A stretch of 64,000 nt of DNA from Octopus sinensis (Eukaryota): positions 102,052,001 through 102,116,000 of the forward strand of contig NC_042998.1 in assembly GCF_006345805.1 (NCBI RefSeq), written 5' to 3'. The notes under the pieces are model-generated. The model was not told the origin of the DNA. It saw only the letters and a list, made by a program, of their open reading frames with translations, and made no database searches. Positions 1 through 14,083 of this stretch are shown in pieces (position 1 is the stretch's first letter; the number at the start of each line of letters is the position of its first letter). The translations under genes and the position numbers were made by a program.

Positions 1-1950
1 AACAGAGTGGGAGTCAAAGCACAAACTAAATGGGAACAGAGAAAGAGTCAAATGTTGAGCCAGCAATCCAAACTCATCTCACTGTTCTAGTGCAGAATGC
101 CACTATCAGCCCAATCAGTCCTGATGTTATACCTCGCAGTTTCAGCATCTTCCAGAGTACATGCCTGTCCACTAACGTAAAACCTTTGTGGAGGTCCCTG
201 TACGCCACGAGCGGCACCTACCGAAACCTTCGTGAAATCTGACTGCTCCGGCTGCAGAGGGGTAAGCAGATGATTTTGTTCACTGTTCAGTATACCGATG
301 ACATAGACCTTACAGGACATTGAGTGGAGTTAAACAATCCTACAATTGTTGCAGTCGTGGTTATCAACTTTACCTTTCCAGAGAGGGATAATTATGCCAT
401 TCATCCAGTCAGGTTGCACGATTCCACTTCTCTAGATTGAGCAGATGATCTCCCAAAAACAAGACTGTAATAAGCCTACCTTTTTGATAATCACCCTAAT
501 AATGTCACAAACACTAGCTACCTCCTCTCCCTTCAGTTGATATATTGCCGTGCAAACTTCGTTTTCGGAATGAGTACCACAGAAAATTTGCAGGTGGGTG
601 AACATTGCTGAAGATATCATAGTATTAAGAATATTACTTAGAGGGTCTATCTTACAATACTCTTCAAAACGCGATGTCCAGCGTCCAACAACATTGGACT
701 CCTCCATCAAGAGTGCTCCATCAGAGTCTCGATTCAAAAACACCTGGAGGGAGGCTTTGCTCTTGTAAGGATAGCGATTCCTCTGTAGGCAGTACTTGAA
801 TAAAGACTGAAACTGACCCTCGACTTTCTCACAGACTCCGCGAACTTGCTTTTCCTTGTCAAAACTTAGCGCTCTAAAAATCACATATCATAACCCCCGA
901 AGCAATTCAACACCCATCCCACTCACACCCATCTCTCTTTGTGACTGCAATCAACCAATGCGAGGGTGTCCTTGGAAAGGAAGTGTTTTCGGGCCTTGTT
1001 TGGAAAAATGCGTCCCTATTAGTGGAAAGCAGAGTATCACTGTAACCCACATTCTCACAGGTGCATTTGTGGGACCAGATCCAGGTAGCACAGACCAAAG
1101 TTGCCACGAATAAATCTTGCTATAACTGTTGTCTTTGAGTATGCTGACATCCAGTCTGTGACGGGGTCCAACCAACCTTCTAGACCTTAATCATAATCTC
1201 AACGCAGCCAGAATAAGCATGTGCAAGGTTCCTATGAAGAAAGCACTCCAAAATATATTGAAGTTCTGTAGGCTCAATTTTCTTTGCCGCAAAAACAAGT
1301 CCAGCGATACAGCTGAGGACGTTGGTAGTAGAAGACAGTAATACGAGTTCCTTTTGTCCTTCGCATTGCAGGCGCCTTTATCCAAGTTCCTTTACCAAAA
1401 GCTATACGAAGTGGCTTTTGCTAAAGCTTTGGAGTATTACACCATCTTCGTTCATCGTACTAGACCTCAAATTACCGAAAAGGCTCTAACATACCGTTCA
1501 GCCAGCCCAGGTAAATGCGCTAAAATCTTCTATGAGAGCGCACTCACCGCCCTGTCACTCACAGCAGTCGGGGAATACACTGCAACCAAGGAAATGAAGC
1601 CCTGAGATTTCAAACCCTCGGTCGCATAATACATTGACAGAGTTACACCTGATACCGTTGTAACCAGGGAGTCCGCCACTGAAATTGCTACCGAAGCCAT
1701 TAGGGCACACAGGCAAGTAGTATTTGTAAACACTGGTTGCGATGTTACTCCTCTTTCGCCGACGTACCTCCCACAGGGCCTCTACAGCAACTCACAAACG
1801 GCAGACTTTGAAAGACGTCAAGCCCAGATGAGAATAAGACCTCAAAGTGGGAACATCCCTGGGCTCCTCACAAACAGCCCTCCTAAGATCGAGATGAGAT
1901 TCTCTAGTTCTGTGGATGATACCCCTGCACAATTCAGGCGACAACCCTCT
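1..1950 (-). mobile_element. Degenerate RTE-clade LINE (APE endonuclease to RT N-terminal region)
   Basis: Minus-strand ORF fragments resemble RTE ORFs: 'SVAISVADSLV...GFISLVAVYSPT' (APE), 'HRLDVSILKD', and 'DGALLMEESNVVGRWTSRFEE' (linker). Many stops and frameshifts. Confidence 0.7.
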
Positions 1951-2429
1951 GCCCATCCTCTTCTATAGAATTTGTTCCTGACCGATTTGCCCCAACTGCC
2001 TCAAGCGGCTTATCTTTTAGTCCGTCGAAGTACTTCCCCGGAGGAGAGAATATGATGAGTCCGTTTGGATAGTCGTTGATAGTGATGATTTGAAAGCGAA
2101 TCCAACAGCAAAATAAGCTCAATGTCTTTTAGCCGCCTTTTACAACACATAGAGGAAATGTCGGGAATATTCTATTAAGTTTCTGCATGCTGTCATCCCT
2201 CTTTAAATTTTTTTTGTTAAAGGTTTCATATTTCGTCAAGGAATATTTGGTCACATTTTCATTTCCTCGACTGTCTGTCGATCAGCATAGTTGCTTTAAT
2301 CTACTTGCATAAAGTCTGAAAATCTCGGGACAAATCGAAATGTAGAGCATCCAAATATTCAGGTCAATAATTATTATTTTTTTTGGTTGCTTTCCCTGCA
2401 ACCCAACCACAACCATTTATATATGTTTT

Positions 2430-2750
2430 TTCTAAATGCATGACATTCTTTTATTGTACACAAAATAATAATTCATTCGTGGCAATGCGTGCACCTTGTT
2501 TGGAAACCATAAACAATTGAAGTGGGTGTCGAATTGGATTCTCTTTAGTTCAACATTTGGCGTTCCCATGTAGGGGATGCATTGTTTGTTGTTCAAAAGT
2601 TCATATGGTATAGATTGAGTTACTTTAGATTCTGTTACCCAAATAATATGAATAATACGTAGAAAGGAATCAAAAAGCACTATTGAATACACAGTCTGAA
2701 AACCGCAATCATGCTTTCCTAAACTATTGGTGCCAGCCAACCCTGGCAAA
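2430..2750 (-). mobile_element. Possible very old Penelope GIY-YIG relic
   Basis: 'YMGTPNVELKRIQFDTHFNCLWFPNK' loosely follows the YIG...FK.R...H...F pattern. Weak. Confidence 0.25.
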
Positions 2751-2959
2751 GATTAAGATCCAATCAATTGGCCTGACCACCTATCACACAATAAAAATTC
2801 TTCTTGTATACCTATTAATGGATATATATATATGTACATATACATATCCATACATACATACACACACATATATTTATTTATTGTGTGATAGGTGATCAAG
2901 CCTTATCTGGATCTTAATCTTCGGGATGGTTGTCTATGTAGATATTTTCTATCGCTCTG

Positions 2960-3700
2960 CCAAACCTAATTGCTGTAAATGTGTGGGAGAACCGTTGTCT
3001 AATGAACTTATTTCTCGTATTTCTTTCTTTAAAGAATACGATATATTTCAAGCCAGTATAACTTCTACCGGGAATAGAAGCTACACTAGCTTGAAATATA
3101 TGACAAACATTCGTTTACACCAATAGTTAGGAGCGCAAGAACTTTTATTATTCCCTTATTTAATTTCCTTCTAGTATCTTATTGTTTACCTAAACTCATA
3201 GGCAATTTGTTGCTTAACATTTTGATAAATTTTCTAGCTTCTCTAGGCAGCTTTACTTTCAATCAATTTTTCAGCTCATAGCACCAAATCTAAATTCACT
3301 GTCGTTTCTGCTAAATTTCACAAAGACTAATGAAAATGTATTGCGTGACATTTTTTTTTCTACGCTTTGTCAATATTTTACCAGCCTTCATAAAATGTTA
3401 AAAAGTGGCAGAAAGCTAAATGAAATTTAGTAGTCGAGTAGTACGGTGGCTTTCGTTAGAAGTTGTTAAGCAGAATAAAAATTTAATTTTCACGGTAACA
3501 AAATCACTTGGTGCGAAAGCATCTGATGTCAAATAAGTTCAGTATCGAATCAGCAACGTCCAAACGTTTCTAATAATAATTTTATCAAAACCAGAAGTCG
3601 ATATGTGTACTAGATTCCAACATGGTGTAAAATTAGAGCGGTATTGCAAAATAAAATTAACTTGATCGGATATTATTGTAAGAAATTCGTAAAAACTTTT
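2960..3700 (+). mobile_element. Degenerate hAT (Buster/Charlie/ZBED8-like) transposase relic
   Basis: Motifs in the expected order: 'PLSNELISRI' (PLSN.T.SRRI), 'THRQFVA' (HRQ.LVAK, ~3197) and 'VVRWLSL' (VRWLS, ~3440). Frames are broken. Confidence 0.5.
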
Positions 3701-6700
3701 GTATGGTTACCATTCCCTAGAGTTCCACATTGCCAAAGACATTACTTAAACTTAACTGCCTCTAATTTTCAAGCAAGCAGATCTCAACTCCAAACATAAT
3801 CAATCTTAATTCAAGCTATTCTTTTCGCAGTCATTTTGCACTTTAATCCTTTATTTAAATTAGTTATATTAAGTAAGTTTTTGTATATTTTTATTCACGT
3901 ACACCACATTTTTCAGTTAGTGATTACACTATCTTTAAATATCGTCAGAGAAAAGTTCATTTAAACTATATCCAAATTATAAATACACTAAAGAAAGTAA
4001 AGGAAGGTACGATACATATTTATTCCGAATCATTTTCTTCTTGAATAAAAAAAGCTAGTCGCTTTTAGAATTCACTTCTTCTTAACTTTTGTAATGTTTT
4101 CAATTACCACGTTCGTTCTGTGTCTATTTGATGCTGGCCGTTTGGCTCCAATAACAAAATGGATTCAATAAGTCGGAAGGTCTACACACTTTAGGCTAAA
4201 CACCTGCTTCGAAACATGATGTTGCAAGTTCAAGTAAATGATCAGAAGCATCTCAATACTATTAAGAAACAAAAAAGCAAGAGCTGTGAAAAGAAACCCT
4301 GTAGGTTTTGGTAATAGTAACGCCATAGATGCCATCTACGTTGAAAATGTTGCTAACCATAGCAAAAAATTACGTTTTCGAATTTTTCTCCAAGAAATGT
4401 AATATCTAATATTTAGGTGTCAACTGCATCGACACTGGTATTGCTGTGATGCAACATGTCAGTGAAGTGGTAAACCGAAACATGATTAATAATGATAGCA
4501 ACATGGTCACGACCATCCATAATCCTATCGCCACCAAAAACATCAGAAACAACAACTGTAACTACAACATTGTAGCAATAATACAAGCGGAATGAAAATA
4601 CAATGGGATGTGGAAAATATAACCATGTTATCATCGACAAAACCAACTAAGAGTCACAGAATATCCATGGAACTGGAATGAAGTCCCACCGGTGAAACCA
4701 ACCACGCCATGAAATAAAAAAATACAACAACAGAAACAAAACTAAGGATAGCACTAAAAACAACACCAAAAAGAAGAAACATTATGCAATAGTAGATTGA
4801 AAAGTTTAAAATACTGGTAGTGAAAAAATAAACAACACAAAGGTTGAGAATGGCAAAAAATAGGTAAGACATCTGCAGTACTAACAAGAAACAAGGGAAT
4901 GAACAATTCAAGAGCAATAATGACAGCAACAACAAGAATAGAAAGTAAACCTCAACAACAGCAACAGAAACAAGAAGATTGGTGAAAAGAACGGTCACCC
5001 TAACAGGTGTGGTTCTTCTGCGAAATTTATCTGCGGGTAGAATGAACACTGGCTTTACTTTAAAATGAAGCCCTTTAAGTCAAGGGATAACAGAGCTTGC
5101 AAAAGTGTTCGGAATTGTCTACTGAGAAACACATTGCTCCACAACTCCAGCAACACCCTTATTAGGTGTTACCTTTTCTTGGCAAAGAATAAAAATGTCT
5201 TAGTTTATATAGTATCTCGGAAACAATACGCCTCAGTATAAACTTTGTTCTGAATTTGAAGGGCAACAGTGAAAATTAATCCACCTATCGATATCATAGT
5301 GGTTAATTCCTATCTATATGTCATTGAATTGTCAATATGAAAATTGCATTATGCAACTAAAATTGAAACACTTAAGTTGTGTTGCCGAGCAGAAATATGT
5401 GCAAGTATATAAGAAGGCAGGAAGACTTCTTGATGAGCGCGAATAGCAGTTAAACCACAGTATCACCTTTCTGACTTTGATTGACTACATGAAGAGATAC
5501 TATTCGTTTGTAAAGAGACGCAATATTCTTTTCGACAGAACGTGGCTAAACTTGTCACAAATGATTCCTGAGTGTAAAGGACAACGTGTCTGCTAAGGGC
5601 AAAGTTCGGAATCACATGTATATCTGTGTGCAAAAGTACATAAGATGAGATTTTTAGAGTGTATGTAAATGGAAAACGGCCGCGTTTAGATGCTCCCAAG
5701 AAACAACATTTCTTAGATATTAACTAATTAGATATCTACCATAACTGACTGTGAGCCTGGAACCTATTATATAAATCGAAGAATAATGACGCTAAGGTAC
5801 GATTGGAACGAAGTGGAGACCATCGGTAATTTTAGGCCAGGAACACTTCTAAAGATAGATCTGAACATATTACAGGAAACTAGATTAATAAATAACAAAA
5901 TACAACTCAAACATCAGTAGTAATACAGATCCCATATAATAAAATATAAAATTAACTTGTACTAAATATTCAAACAAATTCTAAACCCGAGTTTGATGAA
6001 TTTATCAATTGCAGCATTATTCTGGTGATCCTTGGTGCTTGATACAAAAACGCTCCAAATAAGCGCCACAATCGCTGTTTATTCAACATTTTATTGTTGC
6101 AGATTAAATAGCGAAATATGAAAATCACTAAAAAGAATGGATGAACACTAACAGGGCCGTGTTTTCAATATAATATCTTCACATGTTATATTTACTTTCG
6201 TATAGCTTTTGATATTCATTGACAGATATAGAAATAAGAACGAAAATACACTTTACACAATACTTGTGATCACACATACAGAGATACATGTGTTCACACG
6301 TTCGAATAAATTTTACGTGGTGAAATAATACCAACATACGTGTCTTAATATAAAATGCTATCTATATTTACAATGAATTGAAAGCTAGTTCCCAACGATA
6401 AATCCGCATTTATGCATATGTTATTCATGCTTAAATACACAAATACACATATATGAATTAGGAATGAATATCAACGGTAAATATTGGAATACCTACCAGA
6501 CTAAATGCAATTGCTGCAACAACTGCAAATTTTCTTATTCATAAAGTGTGTTTTCGATAGTTACAGGAATTAGGATAGATGATGGGTTATTATACTTTCT
6601 CAAGAATCCCTCACCTGATGTATACACCCCACCACATACACACTCCCACACATATATATTCATATACACATACACCCAGAAATAAATAGATATACATATA

Positions 6701-6707
6701 TATAGGT

Positions 6708-6799
<92 letters not shown>

Positions 6800-8728
6800 A
6801 TTCAGATTTAAATGTCACCGTGTGAATACATACATGCATCTAATAACACACTTGCGTACGAAGTCTGATATTTAGAGTTAAGTGGATGGATACAGAGTGA
6901 ATGCATTATGTGTAGTTCAATTGTATATAAATTGCCTTGCCTTGAAAAAATAGCAATGCACCAAAAATGAATGTGCATAGATATTGCCACTCGTATACAG
7001 GCCATGCGTATACTCCTATTTGACCTGCGATGTTATACAAAATTATGTGTTTATAAGAATTTTACCCGATTCCACAGAGATAGGAATATGCTCTGTGTAA
7101 TCTCTTGCTCGTTTCGTTAGAGAAAAGTAATATTTCAAGAGGTTTCAATATTTGAAAACAAAGAAATCTAAAACTATAGAAAATATGAATATAATAACTT
7201 CGAGCGAATACAAAACAGATTATTTCCTCTGTGGAACATATTTCACTTCTTTCAGATTCTTTATTTCACCTATCACATCAATAAAAGCTGAATAATATAT
7301 AGTAATGCACACGCCCTGAAATAATTTTCATATCCATGAACATATAGATACTTGCCTGTTCTTTACTAGTTCTTATATATTCGAGTATATCAGAAATCAT
7401 GCCCGTGCACTTACACACTCGTATATTCCGTGGAAGTTAAATTGTAATTCAATGTTGTTGCTTTGTAAAAATGCAGGGAATAAAGTTAGCGAACATACAT
7501 GATGTATGCATCAGTTCATGCAATTTATCCATCTGCCTGTCTGTTATTCTGTCTATCATCATGTCATTCTATATAACTACACACACTCACAGCCACAGGC
7601 GCGCGCACGCATATATGAATTTGTGTTGCAAGATTCCTGATGTGAAATCGTTAAACAGATATTGTTGTATTTCGGGATGGTCTTATTCTCCTGATTTTTT
7701 TTTTGCATATTTCTTGCCAAACACAAACACAACGAGATACCGAATTGTACCAAACTTTTAATTCCTGCCACAGTAGCAGAAAAAATGGTGGGAGGTGGGT
7801 CTAATGGAGAATGTCATACTGCTAGTAAGGACAATGACACACAAACAAGCCTGCACACACATACACACATACACACAAACACGGACGCAAACGCATGCGC
7901 ACATAAAGATACACATCATAGGAGACTAGAATGAAATGAGTGGAGCAAGAGCACACACGAAGACGGAAATTGTCGACGAAGAGACACAGATGGTCACGAG
8001 TTAGAATAAGAACAGTACTAAACGAGTGAAGAACAAACATATGGTGCATGTTTTTATTTGGCAAAAAAACAAAGAAGTAAAATATGACCATCCCGCAATA
8101 CAACAACATATATATGTATACACACTAAAATAAGGTATTATGCCTTTATACCTTATTCAATGAAATGCAAAATATAATATATTATACTATATTGTATTCT
8201 CTTCTCTTAATTTTCCTCTGTTCACTCTGTGTTTTTTCTATGTCCTCATTCTCCGCGTCTTTCGTGGACACCACCATAATCGAAATTTCTCAGTCTTATC
8301 ATTAATGGTGCGAAGTCGATTATTACCATTTGGTCGATAACTGCTGAAGAATTAGGGACCTTCTGTGTCTGTCTCCTCTCCTCTCCGAAATATATACTTT
8401 TCAAAGCGAAACAGTCACTGATCTCATATATACAAAAAAAATTATTTCCAAATCTCTAAACGAGAAACATTCATTAACAGTACTCTAGAGTAAAAATTAT
8501 TTTTCCAACATAATGTGGCAGTCCTGATTAGGACGAATGTTACTCATATTTATCCTCAGGAGACATCGTCTCCAGCTGATAATCGATGCACTATCTGCGC
8601 CCTTATCCGTGACTGTGTGTCAAATTGAAAATTATACATTTCAAACAAGTCTGTCGGAATGTAGTAAACGCATCTGATAAGAAACCAATAAGGTCCGAAA
8701 ATCGATTCAGATTGTTCATCATATTTTT

Positions 8729-8863
8729 GGCGTAGGAGTGGCTGAGTGGTAGGTAGCTTGCTTACCAACCACATGGGTTCGAGTTTTCTCTTCTACTATA
8801 GCCTCGGGTCGGCCAAATCCTTGTGAGTGGATTTGGTAGACGGAAACTGAAAGAAGCCCGTCG

Positions 8864-8865
<2 letters not shown>
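8729..8865 (+). mobile_element. tRNA-derived SINE family A, 5' half (internally deleted)
   Basis: GGCGTAGGAGTGGCTGAGTGGTAG (A box), GGTTCGAGT (B-box-like), then CCTTGTGAGTGGATTTGGTAGACGGAAACTGAAAGAAGCCCGTCG running into (TA)n. Homologous copies at 16821 and 63268(-). Confidence 0.85.
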
Positions 8866-8894
<29 letters not shown>

Positions 8895-9043
8895 AAATAG
8901 AAAGATGAATCTTCTTGTAACAGATTATTCAAAAGGTTTAACCGATACCTGGGTAGCAAAAATCCGGGGACGCAGCTCCGTCTGATGCCAGTTTAACGCG
9001 CAGTAGGAATAATAACAGTAATAATGATAAAAGCGCCAGTACA

Positions 9044-9772
9044 GTGACTGATAACCTCAGTACCAGCCAGGGATTAAATAATAGGTTTAGCGATAGAAGT
9101 AATGGAGATATCATTAGTGTTAGTAATGGTAATAGTCAGGTGAGCGCTGTTCGGGTCATTAATGTAGAGAGTCCTAATAGCAATTTTAGCATCCTTTCCG
9201 GGAATAGCAGGTCCACGGATACTAGCAATTACAGCGCTCTCAGTGATAGGGAAGACACAGGGGTTGGTCCGTTAATTAATAATGAGGAATATAAAGTAGT
9301 AAGCGGCCGCAGTTCTCACAATCAATATAGTAACAGTAACGCAGTTTTAATATCAGAAGCTAATCCCAATAGAATAAGGTTCTTGTCGAGTAACTCCAAG
9401 ATCAGAAATGCCATTTACCAATGCAAGATTTACACGGATTCAGATGTCTACTCGTATGTCGGGGCCTCATCGTCAAAATTGGCCTTGAGAATTTCGAACC
9501 ATTTCGCGACTTTTCGCGACGTGAATAAATACCAAGCTACGGGACTTAGCAAGCTTATATGGCGTTTGAAGAACGCGAATTCAGCTTTTAGGCTGGAATG
9601 GCCGATTTTGTCGGTGGCCCTCCCATTTGATAGGGGCAGAAGGCGGTGCAATCTTTGTATCTCTGAGCTTTTCCACATATTGTTCGCCAGAGACCGGTTG
9701 GTAAATGGTCTTTTACAGTCGGCTTTTCGATGTCCCCATTGGAGGCGTCATACATATCTTACATATAAATGA
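9044..9772 (+). CDS. PLE C-terminal region: Asn/Ser-rich linker plus GIY-YIG endonuclease
   Basis: 'AIYQCKI...YVGASS...RISNHFATF...ATGLSKLIWRLK...LEWPIL...CNLCISELFHIL...VN...CPH' gives the GIY-YIG core with CxxC..E and C.H. No RT upstream, so truncated. Confidence 0.85.
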   Translation: MTDNLSTSQGLNNRFSDRSNGDIISVSNGNSQVSAVRVINVESPNSNFSILSGNSRSTDTSNYSALSDREDTGVGPLINNEEYKVVSGRSSHNQYSNSNAVLISEANPNRIRFLSSNSKIRNAIYQCKIYTDSDVYSYVGASSSKLALRISNHFATFRDVNKYQATGLSKLIWRLKNANSAFRLEWPILSVALPFDRGRRRCNLCISELFHILFARDRLVNGLLQSAFRCPHWRRHTYLTYK

Positions 9773-10353
9773 TACCTAAGACAATTAACACCTAGTTACC
9801 CTACTAAAATGAAAATAATCTTTGGAAATAATTTTTGAAAAAGCTTTTTAAGAAATCTATGAATAACCCTTGCAAGGGGAAATTACTCCCATTAGGCGTG
9901 GAACTATATATGCCATTAGGATTCTTTGACGATGTTAAATTTTGACAAGCAGGCCGAGTCGAACACACGAACACAAAAAATTCTTTCAGCCGCTTGACTG
10001 GTTTTTTCAGCAGTGGTCATTTTGTAGCCCCCCTCGCCAGCACACGACCACGCAAACATAGGCCATCACACACATACATGCTTATAGGAGGCTTTTGGCT
10101 CGCCCCCAAAAATACACCCAGTATTCTTAAATTTTTCAGAACATTAGTGTTGGTCACACAGAGCATCCCCACACCCCTTGCTTCTACCGACTAGATCTGA
10201 CCGCCGCCTGACCTGTAGATATTTTCAACGCACCAAATCCCCGATTTCAACGTACATTGATAAACAGTTCAGCCATGGGCTCCTAAGGAGCATCTTCGCT
10301 CGAATTGCTGTGCCTCTGTTTTGTTTTGTCCTGTCAACGGAATTCCTGTTTTT

Positions 10354-10433
10354 TTCCTGAAGAGAAAGCCGCAATATGGTACCCTTATTTAAACAGAATT
10401 TGGAAATGTGTGGCCTTCGAAACATGTGTAGAA
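10354..10433 (+). ncRNA. Type I hammerhead ribozyme
   Basis: ttc-CTGAAGA-gaaagccgca...tgtggccttc-GAAAC-atgt-GTA-gaa. Stem II arms pair with one mismatch; ACATGT palindrome in stem III. Confidence 0.8.
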
Positions 10434-10486
10434 TGTAATAAAAGGTATTCTGTACAATCTTCGTTCAACTCCATTTATTCCATTCA

Positions 10487-10552
<66 letters not shown>

Positions 10553-10553
<1 letters not shown>

Positions 10554-10790
10554 GTGTGTATGTGTGTGTTTGTGTGCCTGTGTTGGTCCCCCCAACATCG
10601 CTTGACATCTGATGCTGGTGTGTTTACGTTGCCGTAACGTAGCAGGTCGGCAAAAGAGACCGATAGAATAAGTAGTGGGCTCACAAAAAATTAAGTCCTG
10701 GGGTCGATTTGCTCGACTAAAGGCGGTGAGCCAGCATGCCCACAGTCAAATGATTGAAACACGTAAAAGAGTAAAAGAAAAAAGAGTAAA
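10553..10790 (+). mobile_element. SINE family A, 3' half
   Basis: GTGTTGGTCCCCCAACATCGCTTGAC...GGGGTCGATTTGCTCGAC...GGCGGTGAGCCAGCATGCCCACAGTCAAATGATTGAAAC plus an A/AG-rich tail. Homologous to 18100-18322 and 62565-62720(-). Confidence 0.85.
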
Positions 10791-13617
10791 GAGAGAGAGA
10801 GAGAGTCTAGTGTTGCCATTTCTAGCCAAGCAGTTACTCTTTGCTGAATAACAGAAATAACTCAGAAACTATTGGTACACAGATACTGTTTTGAGCTGAG
10901 TGGGGATACTGAGCTCCCATGTTCGTAAACATAAGGAGGCGGTTAATGTGTCGATAAGCAGCCGGGAATGCTTCATGGGGCTATATAACAGTACCATTCG
11001 TCCTGCCGCATTATGTTCCTGAATCTTCTCGTTCAGAGATTTTAAAATAATAATCTATGTATATAGACATAAATGTCGATGGATCAAAATGAGAGCTCTA
11101 CACTACATTGGCGGATAGAATATCTTTATTTGTATTTTAAGGCTACAAGTAGTTTCACGTTAAGTAATTTTTTATACAGTATGTGCGTGTGCGTGCGTTC
11201 ACGGGTGTCTGCGTTTGTTGTTTATTCATTCTCAACACCGACAAATGGAGTTTACGAAATAGGCATATCCATTTTAACTACCGCTAGAGTGAGTGTGATA
11301 GAGTGTATTTGTTATTCAATGGTCTTTGCAGATAGGGAAGAGGCAGTTAGTTCTTCCTTGAGGAATTCCCATGTAGCATAGAAACATATTGGAATAATAT
11401 TTCTCTTTTTTCCGTGAGTTGAGAATAACATGATCGCCTCACAACATTACATTTTTGTTAAACACAATATTTTAATAATTTAGAAATATTTTAAAGTGAA
11501 TGTGATTTCAAAAATGAAAGTTGTTTTTACAATAAGTATTTATATTTTAACTCTCTTTAAACAGACATTATTTTGCTGTTTTAAAAAATATATTTTCAAG
11601 TGAATTCTATTACAAAAAATTGCTTTGGCATATATTAGAAATATTTTAAAGTGAAAATGACTTTAAAAATGCTGTAAATATTTTGTGAAAGACTTGTTCC
11701 TAACCTCAGCCTGAAATAGTTTTCTTTCATAGGTGTTTTTTCCGAGAATAAACCGTTCACTATGCTTTATTAACCCTTATTTTCATATCACTCTTTCATT
11801 TCGAAATGATTCTTTCAATTATATATAGTTCTCTCTTTTTATTTTCTCCTTCATTCATGGAGTTGAAGTTTCAATACACTGGACGCAAAAATTCATCTGG
11901 GCTGGACTCTTTCCCCGAAAAAAGTAAGATATCCTGCCCAGAAATCTACACTGAAAATTATGCCAAAAACTGACAATAAAGAGTGGTGTTATGAAGGATA
12001 CCAATATCTTCTTAAATGTTGTAGGGAAATATGTAAGTGAAATCGAAGTGCATAGGAACACTGCTAAACATACCTTACAACCAGTTGGAACGAAAGCTTT
12101 CACTCTGTAAATGGAGTGAGCACGCGCACACACATACATATAAACATGCATCCATCTTTCTAGCCATCTATCTATCTATCTATCTATCTATCTGTCTATC
12201 TATCATAAATATATATGTATACACACACATACAAGCCCACACACAAACATATACATATACATACACACCTACGTATACATAATTAAACATATAAGTACGC
12301 ACACACACACACATACACACACAATTATATATCTTTAGAAGTATATAAGTATTTAGACTATTTACCATTATTTCTGATATACATTGATCTCAAAATCTGT
12401 GAAGTTACCAATCGTTTTCGCACTATAGATATAAACAAACGTAAAAACATATAGTCAAAGCACATGCACACTCTTAGAACACGCGCTCAAGTGCACGCAC
12501 ACACACTATACCTATTCTAACACAAACCTAGATGCATATAATTTAATAAGAAATATATATATATGAACGATATACTTCTTTTGAGATGCAACAAATATTA
12601 TTTTCTCATAATATGACTGACCTCAAACCCAAAAGTACTGCCAGACTGACAGCAAACTATATATCATGAAAATATTTTTTAGCAATACAGACCAATTTTT
12701 GCACCAGTTAATAAAATATTCTTTCGAATGTATATGTCATTCTCTGTCAGCGAACAATGAGAAACCATTGTAAAATGTACATGAGAGCCTTTTCAGACGT
12801 CTATATTGTAATAATATTGGTGTTTTTGTTTTCAGATGTGACGTTTTCCTTAATATGAGACATGATGGCTCTACTGATAACTATGTCAGAACAATTTCTA
12901 CATTTGACAGACGGTATTCTCATCGTGTTACATACAAATGTTTGGTTTGAAATATATTAAAAAAGAATATATAAGATTCGTGATTTCCTACTTGGACCTA
13001 GCGGAAACTAATATATTTTTATATATTTTTATAATCAATGAACTTAATTTTTTAACTATAGTATATAAAGATATATGTAATTGTTTGTTTGAATAATCGT
13101 TGATTACAATGGGAAATGCACAATTAATTATTAGCTAGTGCAGCCAGATATCAATTATTAGAAATCAATCAATCAGTCGTGTTATGAACAAAGTAAAAAA
13201 AGTTACTTCTAAAATATTCCCAAGAAATAGTCTTTTAAGTGCGGAGTTTTCCTGTGAACAGCCGTCTATGAACAAACAAACAATCAGCCAATGAATAAAC
13301 TGGTCATTGAATGCTTCAGTAATTCAGTCATTTAATATTTAATGGTTATCAGTGAGCTGTGACTTATCTGGTATGCGTTAAAAATCACCCCCATATAAGT
13401 TATTGTAATTTTTAAAATTTCAAATATATAGCCTTGTATACACAACAATATGCAGTGCCCCATACAATGCCTTAGAAGCATGAGACAAATTCTTCTAAAA
13501 AGTATTCACGTATTTGTTTTACAATTAGAATGTACAATTGTTACACAGTATAGAAAAGAACGATTAATTAAAAAAATGGAAACACTTTATCCTGAAGCGA
13601 AGAAAGCAATTTGAACG

Positions 13618-13744
13618 AAAGTGAAATAGTTGTGAGTGAAAGTGAAGAAATGTTGAATATAGGTATATCAAATGTTATCAAAGTGAAATAGTTGTGAGTG
13701 AAAGTGAAGAAATGCTGAATATAGGTATATCAAATGTTATCAAA
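13618..13744. repeat. 62-bp tandem duplication
   Basis: AAAGTGAAATAGTTGTGAGTG...CAAATGTTATC occurs twice, with one substitution. Confidence 0.95.
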
Positions 13745-13995
13745 TGCCTATACCACCGCCTGGAGAAGCTATGATTTCCAACCCAGGGAAGAGATTGGGT
13801 GATTCAAACCTCACACACACAAATAAAGATATGCAAGACTTACTCTAACATCAGTATGTAAAACTTATGGATGCTGTTCCGCCGCAATCTTTAATGTTGT
13901 AGCTTTTGTTTGTATCTCTCATTAGAGAAAGAATATTAATAAATAAAATAACTTATACACATAAACGTGTATACAAGCTGCCAATACACGCCCGG

Positions 13996-14058
<63 letters not shown>

Positions 14059-14083
14059 ATATATACATACATATATATATATT

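Larger units (their letters stand above)
8890..10490 (+). mobile_element. 5'-truncated Penelope-like element (Naiad-type GIY-YIG plus pseudo-LTR with HHR)
   Basis: Contains GIY-YIG ORF 9044-9772, a non-coding 3' region with an HHR at 10354-10433, and (TA)n on both sides. Confidence 0.85.

Noticed and set aside
4413-5049. Hydrophobic minus-strand ORFs as a membrane protein
   Set aside because: They arise from A-rich decayed triplet repeats (ACA/AAC) on the plus strand; no family motifs.
5428-5455. TTGATGAGCGCGAATAG as a minimal HHR
   Set aside because: Both core boxes deviate and no stems I or III are present.
13618-13744. Direct repeats as a CRISPR-like array
   Set aside because: Only two adjacent copies, no spacers, eukaryotic context, no cas genes.
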